Below are positions 39,873-53,851 of a stretch of DNA of 64,000 nt, piece after piece. Each line of letters opens with the position of its first letter. The first letter of the stretch is position 1. Under the pieces are notes generated by a model, which saw nothing but the letters and a program-made list of their open reading frames with translations, searched no databases and had not been told where the DNA came from. Position numbers and translations under genes: made by a program. Origin of the DNA: Geosiphon pyriformis uo1 (taxonomy: Eukaryota > Fungi > Glomeromycota); contig JAAOMT010000098.1 in the NCBI GenBank assembly GCA_016748015.1, positions 62,310-126,309 of the forward strand, in the 5' to 3' direction.

Positions 39873-42800
39873 ATGCCGAAATATTTAATACGACTAGAAT
39901 CATTTTCATTTGTTATCTTATACATTTTTGCATTAGCATTTTGCACAATTTTAAGTACTACAAACGGTTACAAAATATATACATTCCCAGAAAATGAGAC
40001 AGGTCTAACAACGGAGACTGGTAGTGGTCAACACTGGACCGATCATTCGATATTTTTACGTTTAATACGACGAATAAATGCTTCATGTAGCGAACCAAAA
40101 GCTTTTTTTCGAATAATAAGACCAGATTGGACTGTTTTACGTCTAGACGTGGATTTACCAGCACAAATGCGATATGATGTTTGCAAAATGTGGAATTCAG
40201 ATAAGGTTCATGCACGAGTTTTGAAACCACCTTATTTTTTGCTGAGTTACATAAATGCAACAAAGAAATCGAATAGCGAAGATTTTAATTATTTTCGTAT
40301 GGGAGTATTAATGGATTGGAATGGAACCATTCACAAGTAGGTTTACTTTGATTAAGAATCACACGTCATATTCAATGAATTGAAGAAATTATCTTTTTTA
40401 AATATGATATCTCAATTTATTTAGTTACTTTCCTTTAACGGAAATTCAAGAATTTCCAAGTGATGGCATTATTATTCATAATGTGAATCCTGATAATGGA
40501 TTCATGTACATTTATGGTGCAACCATGAATAATCTAATTAGTTGGGTAAAATATTCAACTGTGTGAGTCTTGTTTTCAATTTCAATTTCAAGTTGGATTT
40601 TTGATTTTCATCTCAAAACTTATTTTAAATCATACTTTCGGGCCAGTCATGAAAACTCTACGATAACCCGGCTCTCGAGTGGTACTCTTGAAAAACCAGT
40701 TTACTCAGCATTTCCATTTGCAATGTTAGAGGGTGGATATGGCATTGCGTACACCATAAATGATACTTTCAGCGTAAATCAAACCAATATTACCCAATCA
40801 ATGCAGCCTCAGTGGGAAGCAAGGGTCACTTTTCTTCGTTCAGATACCAATAATTTCACTCAACCTTTTATCATATTTCAGACAACACAAAAACTTTCGC
40901 GTTGTTTAATTTATTCTTGCAATGCACCTTTCGACGCTGATGGCTATAAATGCCTGCTTCACATTGAAAAAATTGATGAAAATACCAAGCAACAAATTTA
41001 TATGAATGTATGGTTTTTAAGTAGTGGATCAGTCTATCGATTAGAATATCTCCCCTTTAACCGTCCTAATGAAGCCGTGAATGATATTACACCATTATTT
41101 TATGGAGGTTTTTTGATGACTGTCTATAATAAGCAAGGAATTGATAATAGTAGCATCATCGGATATACGTACGATCAATCAGGAAAATCAACAGGCGATT
41201 GGAATATTCCTGATGATGTCCGAGTTTCTGACATTTATGATGTTTATCCAAACAATACTCTTTGGGCACTTTCATCACTTGATAATTCAAGCTTTAGCAT
41301 TCTTACCACCGAGTTGCAAAGATTTACTGAAGGTTTATTCTTTATCTCTGATTTTTTGCATAGTAAAACTATTTCGAAAGAGCTAATAATTATTCTCCTC
41401 TAATAAATCAGATAAGGGATACGGAAACCCTAAAGTAGTGTCAAGCGATCCACCAATTAACGCCACAATCAAAAATACTCTTACCAATATTACTATTAGC
41501 TTTGCTCAAGAAATTACTCGCTCAAATGCAAATATCTCAATATATCAATCAACCCCAGATGGTGACTTATTACGCCAAACTTTTTCTGGCCTTTCAGACT
41601 GGTGCACCATTGTCAATATGAGCTTATCATTTCAAATTCTCTTGAGTTCTTTTAATCAACCCGGAGCAAATTATTATGTGAAAATGGAAAATAATTTCAT
41701 TAAATCAAAATCTCTCGGTGAGCCTATGTTAGGAATTGGAAAAACCGGGTTTCCTCTAGTGATGGGTGAGAAATTTTATCTTAAATTCTTAAATCTTTTT
41801 AAGATCAAAATTTCAACTCTTTGATAAAAAATTTATCACAATTTAGATGAAAAGGGTGACCAATACTCAGGTATACTTATTATCAATTGTTATTTTGCGA
41901 ATCTAATATAATATATGGAGTTTACTTGATAATATTAAGCATTTTTCTTTGATTTCAGATGATGCAACTGCTCTGCTTCGTTTAAATCTTCAGGGGTCTA
42001 AATATTATAAAACACTTACCAAACACCAGAAAGACGATTTTTTGCATCAGCTACGTGATGAAATGATAAAATTAACACCAATTGAGTCTGGGCGTCTTGC
42101 AGCAACTGGTCGGACCCAAATCGATGGATATTCTAAACAAGTTTTAATACAGTTCGAGATTGAGGGTTCTCGAACTTCAAAGATAAACACGAAGCATATA
42201 ATCAATGATTTAAATACAATGATCAGATATAAGAAATTCACTTCATTTTCCTTCTCCAATGTGACATCACTCACTGATGAAGACTATGGATTTGCTCCAA
42301 CACGTGAGTATTTATTGAGCTATTTTTTATTTACTTTATAAATAATTTAAATTAAAACGCTTTCACCTTTAAATTCTAGCTGATTTATGGAATAAGTATA
42401 AATACAAGGTATTCTACCTCGTTGGTGGTATAGTGCTAGTATCCACAGCATTTTTAATAGGACATATTAGATTCCCAGAGGTAAAATAATTTTCTGTAAA
42501 TTCAATTAGAAACTTTTGAAATTTTCAGCCTTTCATTTAACTTTTTTTGAAAATTTTAGGGAAAGAATTGGGTTGTTTTCCAGTTTGCCCTTATTGTAAT
42601 TGATTTAATTTTAGATATTACATTTATCGTGAACAATGGCAGAGATGTCCAATCACTCTTTTATCCAAGGTTAGTAGACTTTTTAATATATAAATAATTT
42701 AACTTCACAATATTGACCCGGGTTTTCCATTTAGCATCGCAATTTTCTGTTTATCGATTTTATTTAATGGGATTCTCGCATTTCTTGTGATCCTTCATGA

Positions 42801-43442
42801 AAATGCCCAACATCACAAGTTTCTCAATTGGTTCGAGAAACATATTCGAGCGGCAACATTCTTTGTGATTATTAGCGGGGCCGATGTTGATGCTCTTAAT
42901 ATACTATCTTCGGAATATGCCGGTTTGGATATTTTTGCGGCTCCATTTTCTCAAAAAGCTAAAATATGGATATTTTGGGGTAGCTTCATCTCTTTTTTCA
43001 TTGAAGATATACCGCAATTTATTATTCAAGTAAGATGGATATCATTTATACTCTTGAAAATCAAATATTTAACCATGTCAAATCAATCTAACTCATAAAT
43101 TCTTTCGGACAGGTGCTTTACAAACAATCGACAATATCATATGACATAATTCCATTTCTAACTCTTATAACAGCATCCATAATTCTCGGCAATAATTTAA
43201 TTATTCGATCATTTCATCTATTCAATTCTTTATTCAGAAAAAAACATTATAAACAAACTTCTCAAAACATAAATGAAGATACTACAAAAGTCCATGACGC
43301 ATCAATAGTAGACAAGAATATTTTACCGAGTTCCACAGAAGAATTTGATCAAAATCTTCAAGGATTGAGTCATTCATTTCTGAGTAATGATGAGGTTTTA
43401 AGGAATATTGATGGAGAAAGGATAAATACCACAGTTGTCTAG
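39873..43442 (+). CDS. Signal-peptide, large-ectodomain (Ig-like) multipass membrane protein. 10 exons: 39873-40336, 40425-40562, 40647-41332, 41412-41765, 41847-41870, 41959-42303, 42380-42480, 42560-42669, 42735-43029, 43113-43442
   Basis: All nine GT-AG junctions keep frame. The product has an N-terminal hydrophobic segment, many N-x-S/T sequons, a beta-rich SDPPINATI..ITISF..NISIYQ..YYVKMENNF module, and several TM segments with GADVDALNIL and IEDIPQFIIQ. Confidence 0.85.
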
Positions 43443-44399
43443 AAAATTCCCATAAATTAAATCCATATATTTTACAATTTAGCAGGATTTTTTCTTCATA
43501 AATTATATATAATACTCTTACTAATCTCTTATATTTATTGCAAATCGATTTCTCCTGTATTTTATCTTTTCCAATTTTTGCATATTACCATGATTTCTCA
43601 TGCTATCCCATTTGTACATTGCAACAATTACTTATACTTTTATTCCAGTGTTTTTTTACCTTCTCAATTTTTGTATATGTTTTTCTTATTCTTGAACATT
43701 CATAAAGATTCTCACATTATATTTGCCATAATGATTCTTATGGAATGTTATTGAAAATGAAGTGGATATCTAAGATTTTGTTCAAAGGCTCAATGTAAAA
43801 ACAACATATTCTGTATATTGTATATTAAAATTAATAAACTTCTTACGTCAATATTACAAGGCAGATTATTTTGTTTCTTTTTTGAATATACTTAGCTTCT
43901 TGCTTTTTCATACAATATCAAAGTACCTAAATAAAAACGTACTTAAATATTAAATAAATAATATTTAAATAATTTCAATTTCAAATATATATATAAATTA
44001 AGTACTTTCATATATTATTATTCTTATTAAACTTTCAATAGAGATAAATATATTATAATATGAAATATTTCATGAAGGTACTTTAATTTCAAAATTATAT
44101 TAAAATTTTTTTAAATGCAATATTAAGTAATCATTAATAAATTAGCGATTTTCCATAAGAATTAATATTTGATATTTATTATAAAAATTTATTATTGTTC
44201 TGCAAACAATCATATTAGATTATAAAACCATGAACTTGAGAAATTAATCATTTATTTAATTTCATTCAAAAATATATCGCAAATACTTTTTTAATTTGAT
44301 TCGAAAATCAATTGAAAAATAAATAGAATCCAATTGTTTAATTTATTTGCATATCTATGTATGTCAATAAATTGTAGACTTTGAGGCGTAGATATAAGC

Positions 44400-45145
44400 T
44401 GTAGGGTTTGCACAGTTCCTCCCTAACCTCAATTTAATAGCAGTAAGCCGATTCAATGGGTTGACATTCCAACACTTTTCAATCACTTCAGCATATACCA
44501 AAAGAGGAAATTTATGTATTAGGTCTTTTACTATTTAGAATATCTATTATAAGATAGTATCATGCGAATCATAAAGGGAGGCTTTTCTGTTGCTAATTCC
44601 CATAATAAAACCGCAAAACTTAACTTTTCTATTAGAAGTTCCGGTGGAATGTATGAAATTTACGGAGTAAATTTTTTTTCCTCATTCATTATTTACTGGT
44701 TGGCATAATAGAAGCCGCACTAATCTTCACGGTGAATTAAAGCAGCTCTATAAAATATAAAAAGACCAGAAGCAACACCAAATGCTATTGATAATTTATC
44801 ATCATGACGAGGAAATACTTGCAGATATCCCATATTTAGCAAGCTTCATTACTAATCCATATCCGAGTGTTTCAGAAACCATTTATATTGACTTAAAAAT
44901 AGAAATTATTTAATCATAAAAATAAATCCCTCTTTGAAAAGTTCTTTGATATTTCTGCAAATATATTATTATTATTATTATTATTAGTAGGAACATAAAG
45001 GGTTTTTTAATTATTTCATGAGTAGCTTGGCTTCCACTTGAGAAATTCTTGCAAAGATTTTCATAGAAAAAAACGGCATGGCGTGCGCCTATTTTTACAT
45101 TCGTCGCAATTCCGGTGGAGTTTTTTCTATTTGTGAATTTTCCAT
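44400..45145 (-). pseudogene. Heavily deleted TKL kinase pseudogene of the MEN.. family (paralog of 58955 and 62610)
   Basis: Reverse strand reads MENSQIEKT, FFYENLCKNFSSGSQATHEIIKNP, ETLGYGLVM, LWELATEKPP and CWNVNP, with stops and large gaps. Confidence 0.8.
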
Positions 45146-45449
45146 AATATATAAATTACAAAGTGTAAGTTTTCTGTTAATTTAATAAGTTCTCGAATTA
45201 TGGATGTTTTAACTCTTCACCCTATTATTATTTGTTACTCTGCATTCGCCGAAACCAGGATTAATCTGGTTGATTTCTTTAATGTTACCAGACATTCTAA
45301 AGAGTTTCTTATTAATAAAAGATCCTCTCATTAAGAGTTAATAAATTACTAGCATCAGGAAATTTAGCCGTCACGAGTTTAAGCATACCATTAGACCGAA
45401 GAGTTTTATACTCTCTAAAAGCCGAACTGCATTTTATTAATTATAGGTT

Positions 45450-47200
45450 TAATTTTTAATAAAGAAATACATGAAAGCTTAAAAATAAATATAAATTTCA
45501 ATAAATTATTTATTCTTTTAAAAAGCTTTAATCAATTTTAACTTGAACTGGTTGAACTTTATCTAAATTACTTAAAATCTATTTAAAATACATGAATTTC
45601 AGCTGAAATTTATCTAAAATGCCTAGATTTCAGCCTAAACTGCTTAAATTTTATCTTGTACCAAAAGTTTAAAATTCTATATGTTTTAATTATAGTATTT
45701 TGTTACATTTATAGTTTAAAAATTATTATTTTGTGCTATTTAGATATAAAAATTATTTTTTGTTTTAATTGTAATCATGAAAATACAAAAGAAAAGTTAT
45801 TTTAATTTTAAGATTTGTTTTAAAAAATTTATAAAATTTTGTTATTAACAATATATAATTTATTTGATTTACATTTTCGATTTTTAATGCAAATTTTTTT
45901 TGATAAAAATTTAAACATATATTTTAAAATAGTATAATTAATTAAAAACATATATTTATTATGTGATTATTTATTAAATACAAATTATATTTTTTAAAAT
46001 GTAAAAATCAAACATATTGATTTATGAATTTTATATTTTTGAAATTACAATTTTAATTATTATTAATAATTTAATAAATTTGAGTTTATCAGATTTTTAA
46101 GCTCACAAAAGCCAAAAAAATTTAAATATAAGAAATTATTTTATTTTATTTTTTAATGTGTTATAAAAATTTTTTTTAGTAAAAAAAGTTTCTAAAATCA
46201 TTAATAATAGGTTATTTTTCATAATTAAATTTTTTTGATTTGTTATTGGTTTATACTTATTAACACAAATATAACAATAAAATTAATTAAATTTATATAT
46301 TAAACATTGTAATTATATAATGAAACAATAACATTATTCGAAATAATTAATCAAATTTTTGTTTTTTCTCATAAATTTTTTTAAAAATTGATATTAATTA
46401 TAAAGCATAATAAAAAAATTATGATAAAAAATATTTTTGTAAAACTGAATTATATTAAATAATAAATAAAAGTCATTAACATAGATTTATTATAAGTTTA
46501 ATAATCACATCATTATTTGATTGTATTACAAAATAAAAAATATTATTATGGAATAGTTATAAAAAATTGATTGCTAATATGTTCAAAAAACAGAATTAAC
46601 TAGATATAAAAATTAATTAAGATAATAATTATAAAAAATTAATAAATTATTTTATATCAAGTATATAAATACAATATTTAAATAAATAATTGCATAATTT
46701 TTTGTTATGCTTAAAATATTATTGAATTTTTAACAATCTTAACAATTTTTATTTAAATTACAAAAATTAAACATAATTCATTTATAATGTTGAAAATGTC
46801 GTATTTGCAATAATTTTACTTATAATAAACAATTTATTTTTAAAGTTAATAACTTTACCACTCTATAATTGTTAATAATATAAAAAACATAATGAAAATA
46901 AGAACACTTAATTGTATTTAAACATTATAATTTAAATAATAAAATACAAATAAAGTGGTTTTATTAATTTTTTTTATACATTTTGAATTTTTGCATTTGT
47001 AAATAAAAATAAATTTTAAAAGTTTTGTAGTATAATTCTGTTTTAATTTTTTATAATATAATAGCATTTTTTAAAATAAAATAACCATTTTAATTTTTTT
47101 TTAAAATGCTAGTTTTTTAATATTTAAGATGGTAAATGTTTTCTTATAATGTCATCATCGCCAAAATAAATATTGTAATAAATCTTTGAATTTAACCAAA
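45450..47200. mobile_element. Extremely AT-rich decayed island, probable TE relic
   Basis: Very low GC, almost no CG dinucleotides and no ORFs in the track. Boundaries are approximate. Confidence 0.4.
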
Positions 47201-47954
47201 ATTTCAGTGATCAATTTGCCAACTATATTAAATTTGTTTCATTAATCCGAATGTTTAATACTTGTCAAGCAAAGTTTTAGGTTATTCATTCTTTAGACAC
47301 TATATATTTACTTTTTATATTCTGGAGAGATCATTCTATGTGAGTAATACTCTGGTGTTGGCAATCCGTAGTATCCTAAAGATTTAAAACAAAATATTTT
47401 TGAAATTATAAATCAATATTAAACATATAAATTTTTTAAATTGGTATCAATTATAAGAGTTATTAGCCCCAAATATAACTATTTTAGGGAAGTTAGATTC
47501 ATATAGCAAGAATATGATTACTAAATGGAGGATAAAGTTGGGCTTTTTAGATATAAAGGAACGTCTTTCCATCTGCAAAAAAACTTTCAAGGACCTAGTT
47601 CGACCTCTGAGATTCAATTATTAATTTAATCCATCTTAATGTTCAGTAGAAGAATGATATTCATTTCCATGTAAGATTGTAAGCACTTCTTCGGAAAAAC
47701 CAAAGTTTTGTGCACTACATATTTAATTCTGGATGAGGTTAGATATTAGACGAAAAAGATTGAGAAAGTAGACTAAGAGGGTTAAATTTTTGCCAATACG
47801 ATATTGCAATGTAGAATCGAGGTTAATCATTACTATGATAAGCCGATCAACTGGCCCATAAAATTATAGAAATTAGGTTTGTCATTGTTATGCTCTTGTT
47901 ATCAATTTTTCAACAAAATATTTTTCAATTTTAATATTATCACAACCGGGTAAC

Positions 47955-50900
47955 ATGGACAACAAAACTAACTTGAAAATTCCTTCAAAAATTCCAATCG
48001 TCCCAATCAAAAATAAAGTATTACTCCCTGGGCTCGTGTTACGACTTCAAATTGGTCGCAAAGATACTGTGCAATTAATGCAACAGTTTTATCGATCCTC
48101 TGATAATTCACGGGAATCAAATTACATTGTTGGATGTGTCCCTTTTCAACCTTCGCTCAGTAAAGTAAATCCAACGGATGTAAATGCTAATAATTCATCG
48201 GACACTGCCATAACTTCTGTGCCTTTGATCAATACAAAAGTTTCGATCCCTACAAATGATATAAATTCAACCAAGAAACCCGGTGCAGAAAACCTTTTGA
48301 ATCAACCGATTACGCCTTCAGATTTGCACCAATTTGGTTGCGCTGCACGTATTGTTAGATTAGAAAAAGTGGTTGGTGGTGGATTTATGGCTATTGTAGA
48401 AGGTAACTATTAAATATTCTAGGAATGTTCAAAAAAAAATGGTTGAACCAAGAAAATCTAATTTTTCCTTCCTGATGATTTTTATAAAGGTGTTGCCCGT
48501 ATGAGAATTGATCGATATGTCACGCTGAGACCATTTTTTGAGGCCGAAGTAACGGCGTTCCCGGAACCGGGTACCTGAAATTAAACTTGCAAATCCTAAA
48601 ATCCTTTTTTAAAACAAAATTTAATATCTAGCTATCTCTTTTTTCAAGTTCTTCTCAAAGACGATCAAGAGCTACAAGATCTTATAATTTCTCTGAAATC
48701 TACTGCCAGGGAACTTTTGGCGATGCTCCAAGATCTTAAAATCCCTACCCCTTTGTTAGCAGAACTTCAAAAATATATCGATGGTGTGTCTGCTGGATCT
48801 TTGGCTGACTTGCTTGTTAGCACCCTTGAAACAACCTATGAAGAAAAGCTTGAAATCCTCGATGCTATCAATCTCAAAACAAGGATATCCCGAGCGATTG
48901 ATTTATTAACGAGGCAGATTCATGTAGGCTAATTTATGGAAATTCTAATGATTATAATTTAAAATTAATAAAATTATTTATACCTAAAACAGGTATTAAA
49001 AATATCTCAAAAAATTCATTCAACGGTCGAAGGAAAATTAAGTAAAAAACAAAGAGAATTTTATTTAAGGCAACAGGTAATTTCATCATAGCTTAATAAG
49101 GTTAATTTTAAATTTCATAAAAAGGAATATTTCTATAAATTTCCTGCGTTTTAACAGCTCGCAGCAATCAAAGATGAACTAGGAGAGCGAGATGAATCAT
49201 CAACTGAAGATGATGATGTTGCTGATTTATCTAAGCGACTTCAAGAAGCAGGCCTCTCACCTGAAGGTAGGAAGCTAAATACGAATATTCTGTTAAAAGG
49301 CTATTAATTTTAAGATTACTTTGGAGCATATCTATTAATATGTTCTAAAATAGCTCAAAAGGCTGCACAACGTGAGTTGAAACGCTTAAAGCGTATGCAT
49401 CCCACACAAGCCGAATATCAAGTAGTTCGTACATATCTTGAATGGCTCTCGGAAATTCCATGGAGTAAAACGACTTCAGATATATTAGATATTGAAAAGG
49501 CGCGTCAACAACTTGAAGATGATCATTATGGTCTTGAGCCCGTCAAGAAGCGAGTTTTAGAATACTTGGCGGTTCTTAAATTGAAGGAAGACATGAAGGG
49601 TCCAATTCTGTGCTTACTAGGTCCGCCTGGTGTTGGGAAAACTTCATTGGGCAAAAGTATTGCCAATGCACTTGGAAGAAAATTTTATCGGCTTTCTTTG
49701 GGTGGTGTCAGAGATGAGGCCGAAATTCGTGGTCATCGTCGCACTTATATTGGAGCTATGCCCGGATTAATAGCTCAAGGTTTAAAGCGGGTGGGAGTCA
49801 ATAATCCGGTGTTTCTGTTAGGTGAGTAGGAATATTTTAACATTTCTATTTGTCTTTTTACGCGATTGGAGTTTCTCCTAACTTTGCTCGATTAATTTTC
49901 TAAAATTTTAAAGATGAAATTGATAAAGTTGGTAATTTGAGCAATCATGGAGACCCATCAGCCGCTCTACTCGAAGTTCTCGATCCGGAACAAAATAACA
50001 CGTTTACTGATCATTACTTAAACGTTCCTCTGGATCTCTCCAAAGTACTCTTTATTGCCACAGCCAATCAAGCAGATACAATATCGGCACCTCTACTTGA
50101 TCGAATGGAATTGATCTCATTACCAGGTTACACATTTGATGAAAAAATACAGATTGCCCAAAGGCATTTATTGCCCAAACAAATCGCCTCCCATGGTCTT
50201 GCACCTGGACATGTGAAGATTAGCGATGAAGTGATGCTCAAGATAGCCACAGGCTATACGCGCGAGGCCGGAGTAAGAAATTTGGAAAGAGAAATCGCTG
50301 GAGTTTGTAGAGCTAAGGCGGTAAAGTTTGCCGACGCAAAAGAAAAAGGAACGATTAATGAGTATCAAGGAGAAATCAAATTTAACGATGTAGAAGATAT
50401 ATTAGGGGTAATCTTCTGGAAATAATAAATATTTGGTTGTTATTCTTTGAAATTACTGATCGTCTTAATATTCTCTTGATAAAATTAGGTGGAAAAATAT
50501 GACGATGAAGTTGCCGAACGAACGGCTAGACCTGGAGTAGTCACTGGCTTGGCATGGACCTCCTCAGGTTCTGGTGGGATATTATTTATCGAAGTGACAC
50601 AGATGTCAGGGAAAGGTGCCCTTCAATTAACAGGTAACTTGCTTTCAGAAGGTTATTTTGAAGTTAAAAGCAAAAAGCTAATTATAAAATATCGATTGAT
50701 TTAGGTAAATTAGGTGCGGTCATTAAAGAATCAGCTCACATAGGATTATCTTGGGTACGATCTCATGCATACCAGCTTGGAATCACTACTGCCACAACTG
50801 AGAATACCTTCTTTTCTGAGCGGGATGTTCACATACACTTTCCCGCGGGTGCGGTTGCAAAAGATGGCCCCTCTGCGGGTGTAGCTTTGATCACTGCTTT

Positions 50901-51213
50901 AGTGTCATTATTTATTCATAAAAATGTTGCTCCTACTACTGCAATGACTGGTGAGATTACGTTACGTGGACAGGTTCTACCAGTTGGAGGGATAAAGGAA
51001 AAAGTGATTGCAGCACATCGTGCCGGCATCAAAAAAGTGATCTTACCCAAAAGAAATCGAAAGGATGTGGAAGGCGATGTACCAGAACGCATTCGAAATG
51101 ATATTCAGTTTGTATATGCGCAAAATATGTTTGATGTTTTGGCTGCGGCATTCGAAGGAGAACAAATATGGAATGTTACTCATCCAATAGTAGAGGTTGA
51201 GAGTCGATTGTAA
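47955..51213 (+). CDS. LONP2: Peroxisomal Lon protease (Lon2/Pln). 9 exons: 47955-48402, 48490-48570, 48649-48923, 48993-49076, 49158-49266, 49354-49821, 49914-50407, 50489-50633, 50705-51213
   Basis: Lon N-domain VLLPG, Walker [23 protein letters not shown], Walker B LLDEIDK (spliced), catalytic KDGPSAG and GGIKEK, and a C-terminal PTS1 SRL*. Confidence 0.95.
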
Positions 51214-51534
51214 AATGATGACGATGTAACTTTTTTTATTTTTATGTTTTGAATTTGAATTTTAGAATTTAGCATTTTTTATTGTTGATATTAGGAATCT
51301 AGAGTACGAAAAATAATAGAGTAAATGTATTAGGAAATTATAAGATTAAAAGATCAGGATTGGAAATTAAGCTTTTTTCTCAGCTTTCAAAGAGAATGTA
51401 ATATTCACGATGCATTTTGATTCAAGATCTCGAGCTCTAGCATCCATCCTAAAAACATTTTAAAGTCTTAAACTTGTAAACTAAAAATGCGTCGATAATT
51501 TTCTTCTACGCCTTGAAACATCATTTGTTGAGAA

Positions 51535-51801
51535 TAAATGCTTTATTTTTTTCAATAATTATTAATATTTACAAATTTTATGTAGTTTTAATAATAAAGC
51601 TTCAAACATTTAGAATAAGCATAAGTCCCCATGACGTTTACATAGAATGACGATTTCCTCAGAACTATCATTTTCATTCTGATTTATGCTATCTCAAAAA
51701 AGGATGGCAAAACCAGTAGCAATTAACGCGACGATACATATATTGAATTCGGAGATTAACACGTTGCCAGCCGAGAATAGAACTGGTGATGTTTTAGTCG
51801 G
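51535..51801 (-). pseudogene. Inverted diverged copy of the last codons and 3' flank of the 56155-57285 gene (57172-57446)
   Basis: atctcaaaaaaggatggcaaaaccagtagcaattaa and ataaagcttcaaacatttagaataagc match the reverse complements of 57247-57283 and 57354-57380. Confidence 0.92.
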
Positions 51802-52051
51802 TCACTAAAAATTTTTTCTTAAATAATAAACTTAATTAAAAAAATTTACAACTACTTTTAAAATCTTATTATTAATATGTTTAGTCACACTATTATTTAT
51901 AATAATAATAACATTAATACCAAAATAATTTGATTTTTTGCTAGTAACAAAAACTTTAATCCAAAGTCTAAAAGTATTTTTTAACTTAGTTTCAGTTAAA
52001 ATAGAAATTGTATTGTCTATTTTCTTATGCCATCTAATAATATTCTCTTGC

Positions 52052-52386
52052 TTAGTCAGATTATTTATCTACTCATTTTATCCCTACTGAATTTTTATCG
52101 ATTATCTTTGAAGGATCTATTCAAGCCTGATCATTTGCATTTTTCAAATTCTGGGACTTTGTTCTAGAAATACTTTGAGCAATAATTGTTTCAGTTACGA
52201 TTCATTCTTCAAATATTCAAATGCGAATGAATCCACACAAATTTCGATTTTTTCTTTAAGTTTATTCTAAGAAATAATATGAATCTTAAGCTATTCTATC
52301 TTTTCACTTTTTTCAAACGAAAATTTTCACAAGTTTATTAAAGACTTAAGATATCTCAATCTTCAAGAAATTGCCGATGCTTTTAT
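52052..52386 (-). repeat. Inverted copy of the 31965-32324 dispersed repeat, with a 33-bp internal deletion
   Basis: Manual alignment, e.g. aagcctgatcatttgcatttttcaa versus ttgaaaaatgcaaatgatcaggctt at 32230-32254. Confidence 0.85.
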
Positions 52387-52512
52387 GTAAAAAACTTTGT
52401 TAAACTAGATACCATAATATTGAATTTTTAGAGTGTCCCGATTGAATTATACGAAAACTAATTTTTCAAATGAAATTCCTCAACCTATCTTTTATCGCAT
52501 TACTTTTGATAC

Positions 52513-53029
52513 AGCGAAATGCAAGCCCGTTATGTTAGTGGTTAAATCAAGGTTAGAATTAATCCTTTACCGTCCAGTTTTGGAAATGGATAAATCTATC
52601 CAAATATCAAGCTACCCATTCCTCAATTTATTACAGTTCATCACGACACACCATACGAGTCGATTTCTTGGCATATTGTGATCAATTGGCCGCTGAGATT
52701 GGATGTTTGCCAACTGCCAAGAACATGTTTTCAAGATATGGATTCAAAGGATTTAAAATACTATTTATTTGGTGTTCCCACCCCGATTTAGGTATGCTGT
52801 AGACACTGTTTAATTTAGAATATTTGGGTCGGTATTAATTCAAAATGTATGAAAGTTGATTTAATTATTTATCTTTCACATATTTAAAAAGTATCATTTA
52901 TTTGGACCACATGTGTGGGAGGATGCAATGGAATGGATTGAAATTTATAATTATGAAGGGAAGCCACGCCGAAGCGTACTAGATACCAAGCCCTTGCTTG
53001 TTGAAACCAATGATCATAAATCGGAATAA
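52513..53029 (+). pseudogene. Flavin-containing monooxygenase (FMO/dimethylaniline monooxygenase-like) C-terminal fragment
   Basis: Across frameshifts it reads SEMQARYVSG*IKVRINPLPS/EMDKSI/YYSSSRHTIRVDFLAYCDQLAAEIGCLP..FK/YYLFGVPTPI*|YHLFGPHVWEDA. This matches the FMO C-terminal pattern ExQAR..LPS..EM..RHTIQVD...DELA..IG..P..FGP.TPYQYRL.GP..W. Intron 52792-52891 is retained. Confidence 0.8.
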
Positions 53030-53851
53030 GCGTTGATTTTTAGTAGAAATGATATTAGATGAAATTTCAGATTGAAACTACAAGTTTCCCTTTAATAAGA
53101 CTCGTTTATTCTTAACGGATAATAATCGGACAATTTATAAATTACCTTTGATTTATTTTTCGTAAAAATCGACCTTTATTTTCATTTTTATTATGTTTTG
53201 AAACTTTTCACTAATTATACCCATTAAATGATGCTGCTAAATTTTAATTTAAAACGTGGAACAAATGATTCGTTTACAGTTTCTTGGAAAACGACTATTT
53301 AAAAGGTTTCATTAAGCTGAGTTTATAAGCCAATTGCCAATATCAATTCTAATTTTATAATGTAAAAGGATTTTTATATATACCAATTAATTTGAAAAGT
53401 TAAAAGGCCTATCTGATTTTTTTAAATTTTAAAAAATCAGTTGGTTTTTCAAACAACAGTAGATAGGTATTAATTAAATATAAAAAAAAGGATTAATTAT
53501 TTATGGATAAAATAAATCTTTAATTTTTTGAAAAAAGAGTCAAAGAAACAGTGTCACAAAAGCTGAATGTGCCATAAGAGGAGGGATTTTTTGTTATAGT
53601 TGAATATAAATGTGAAGCTAGTCTCTAAAAAGAGATAATACTTACGCGCTTTATTAGTATGCCAAATCGTTTTCAGGACTGCGTTTAATGCAGAAGGAGG
53701 AATATATAAAACATTAATATTTTATAGACAAAAAGCATTACTTATATCCATCTGAGAAAAAAAAATATTTTGTATAATTAATTTGTGTGTAAAAATTTTA
53801 ATTTCAATCCAACTGTCTACAATTACTTTTGAACAAGACTATGAGGTGTTT

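Noticed and set aside
48027-49238. Classical RIP acting on the Lon duplication
   Set aside because: The parent copy has an intact frame, and the duplicate also shows non-C>T changes.
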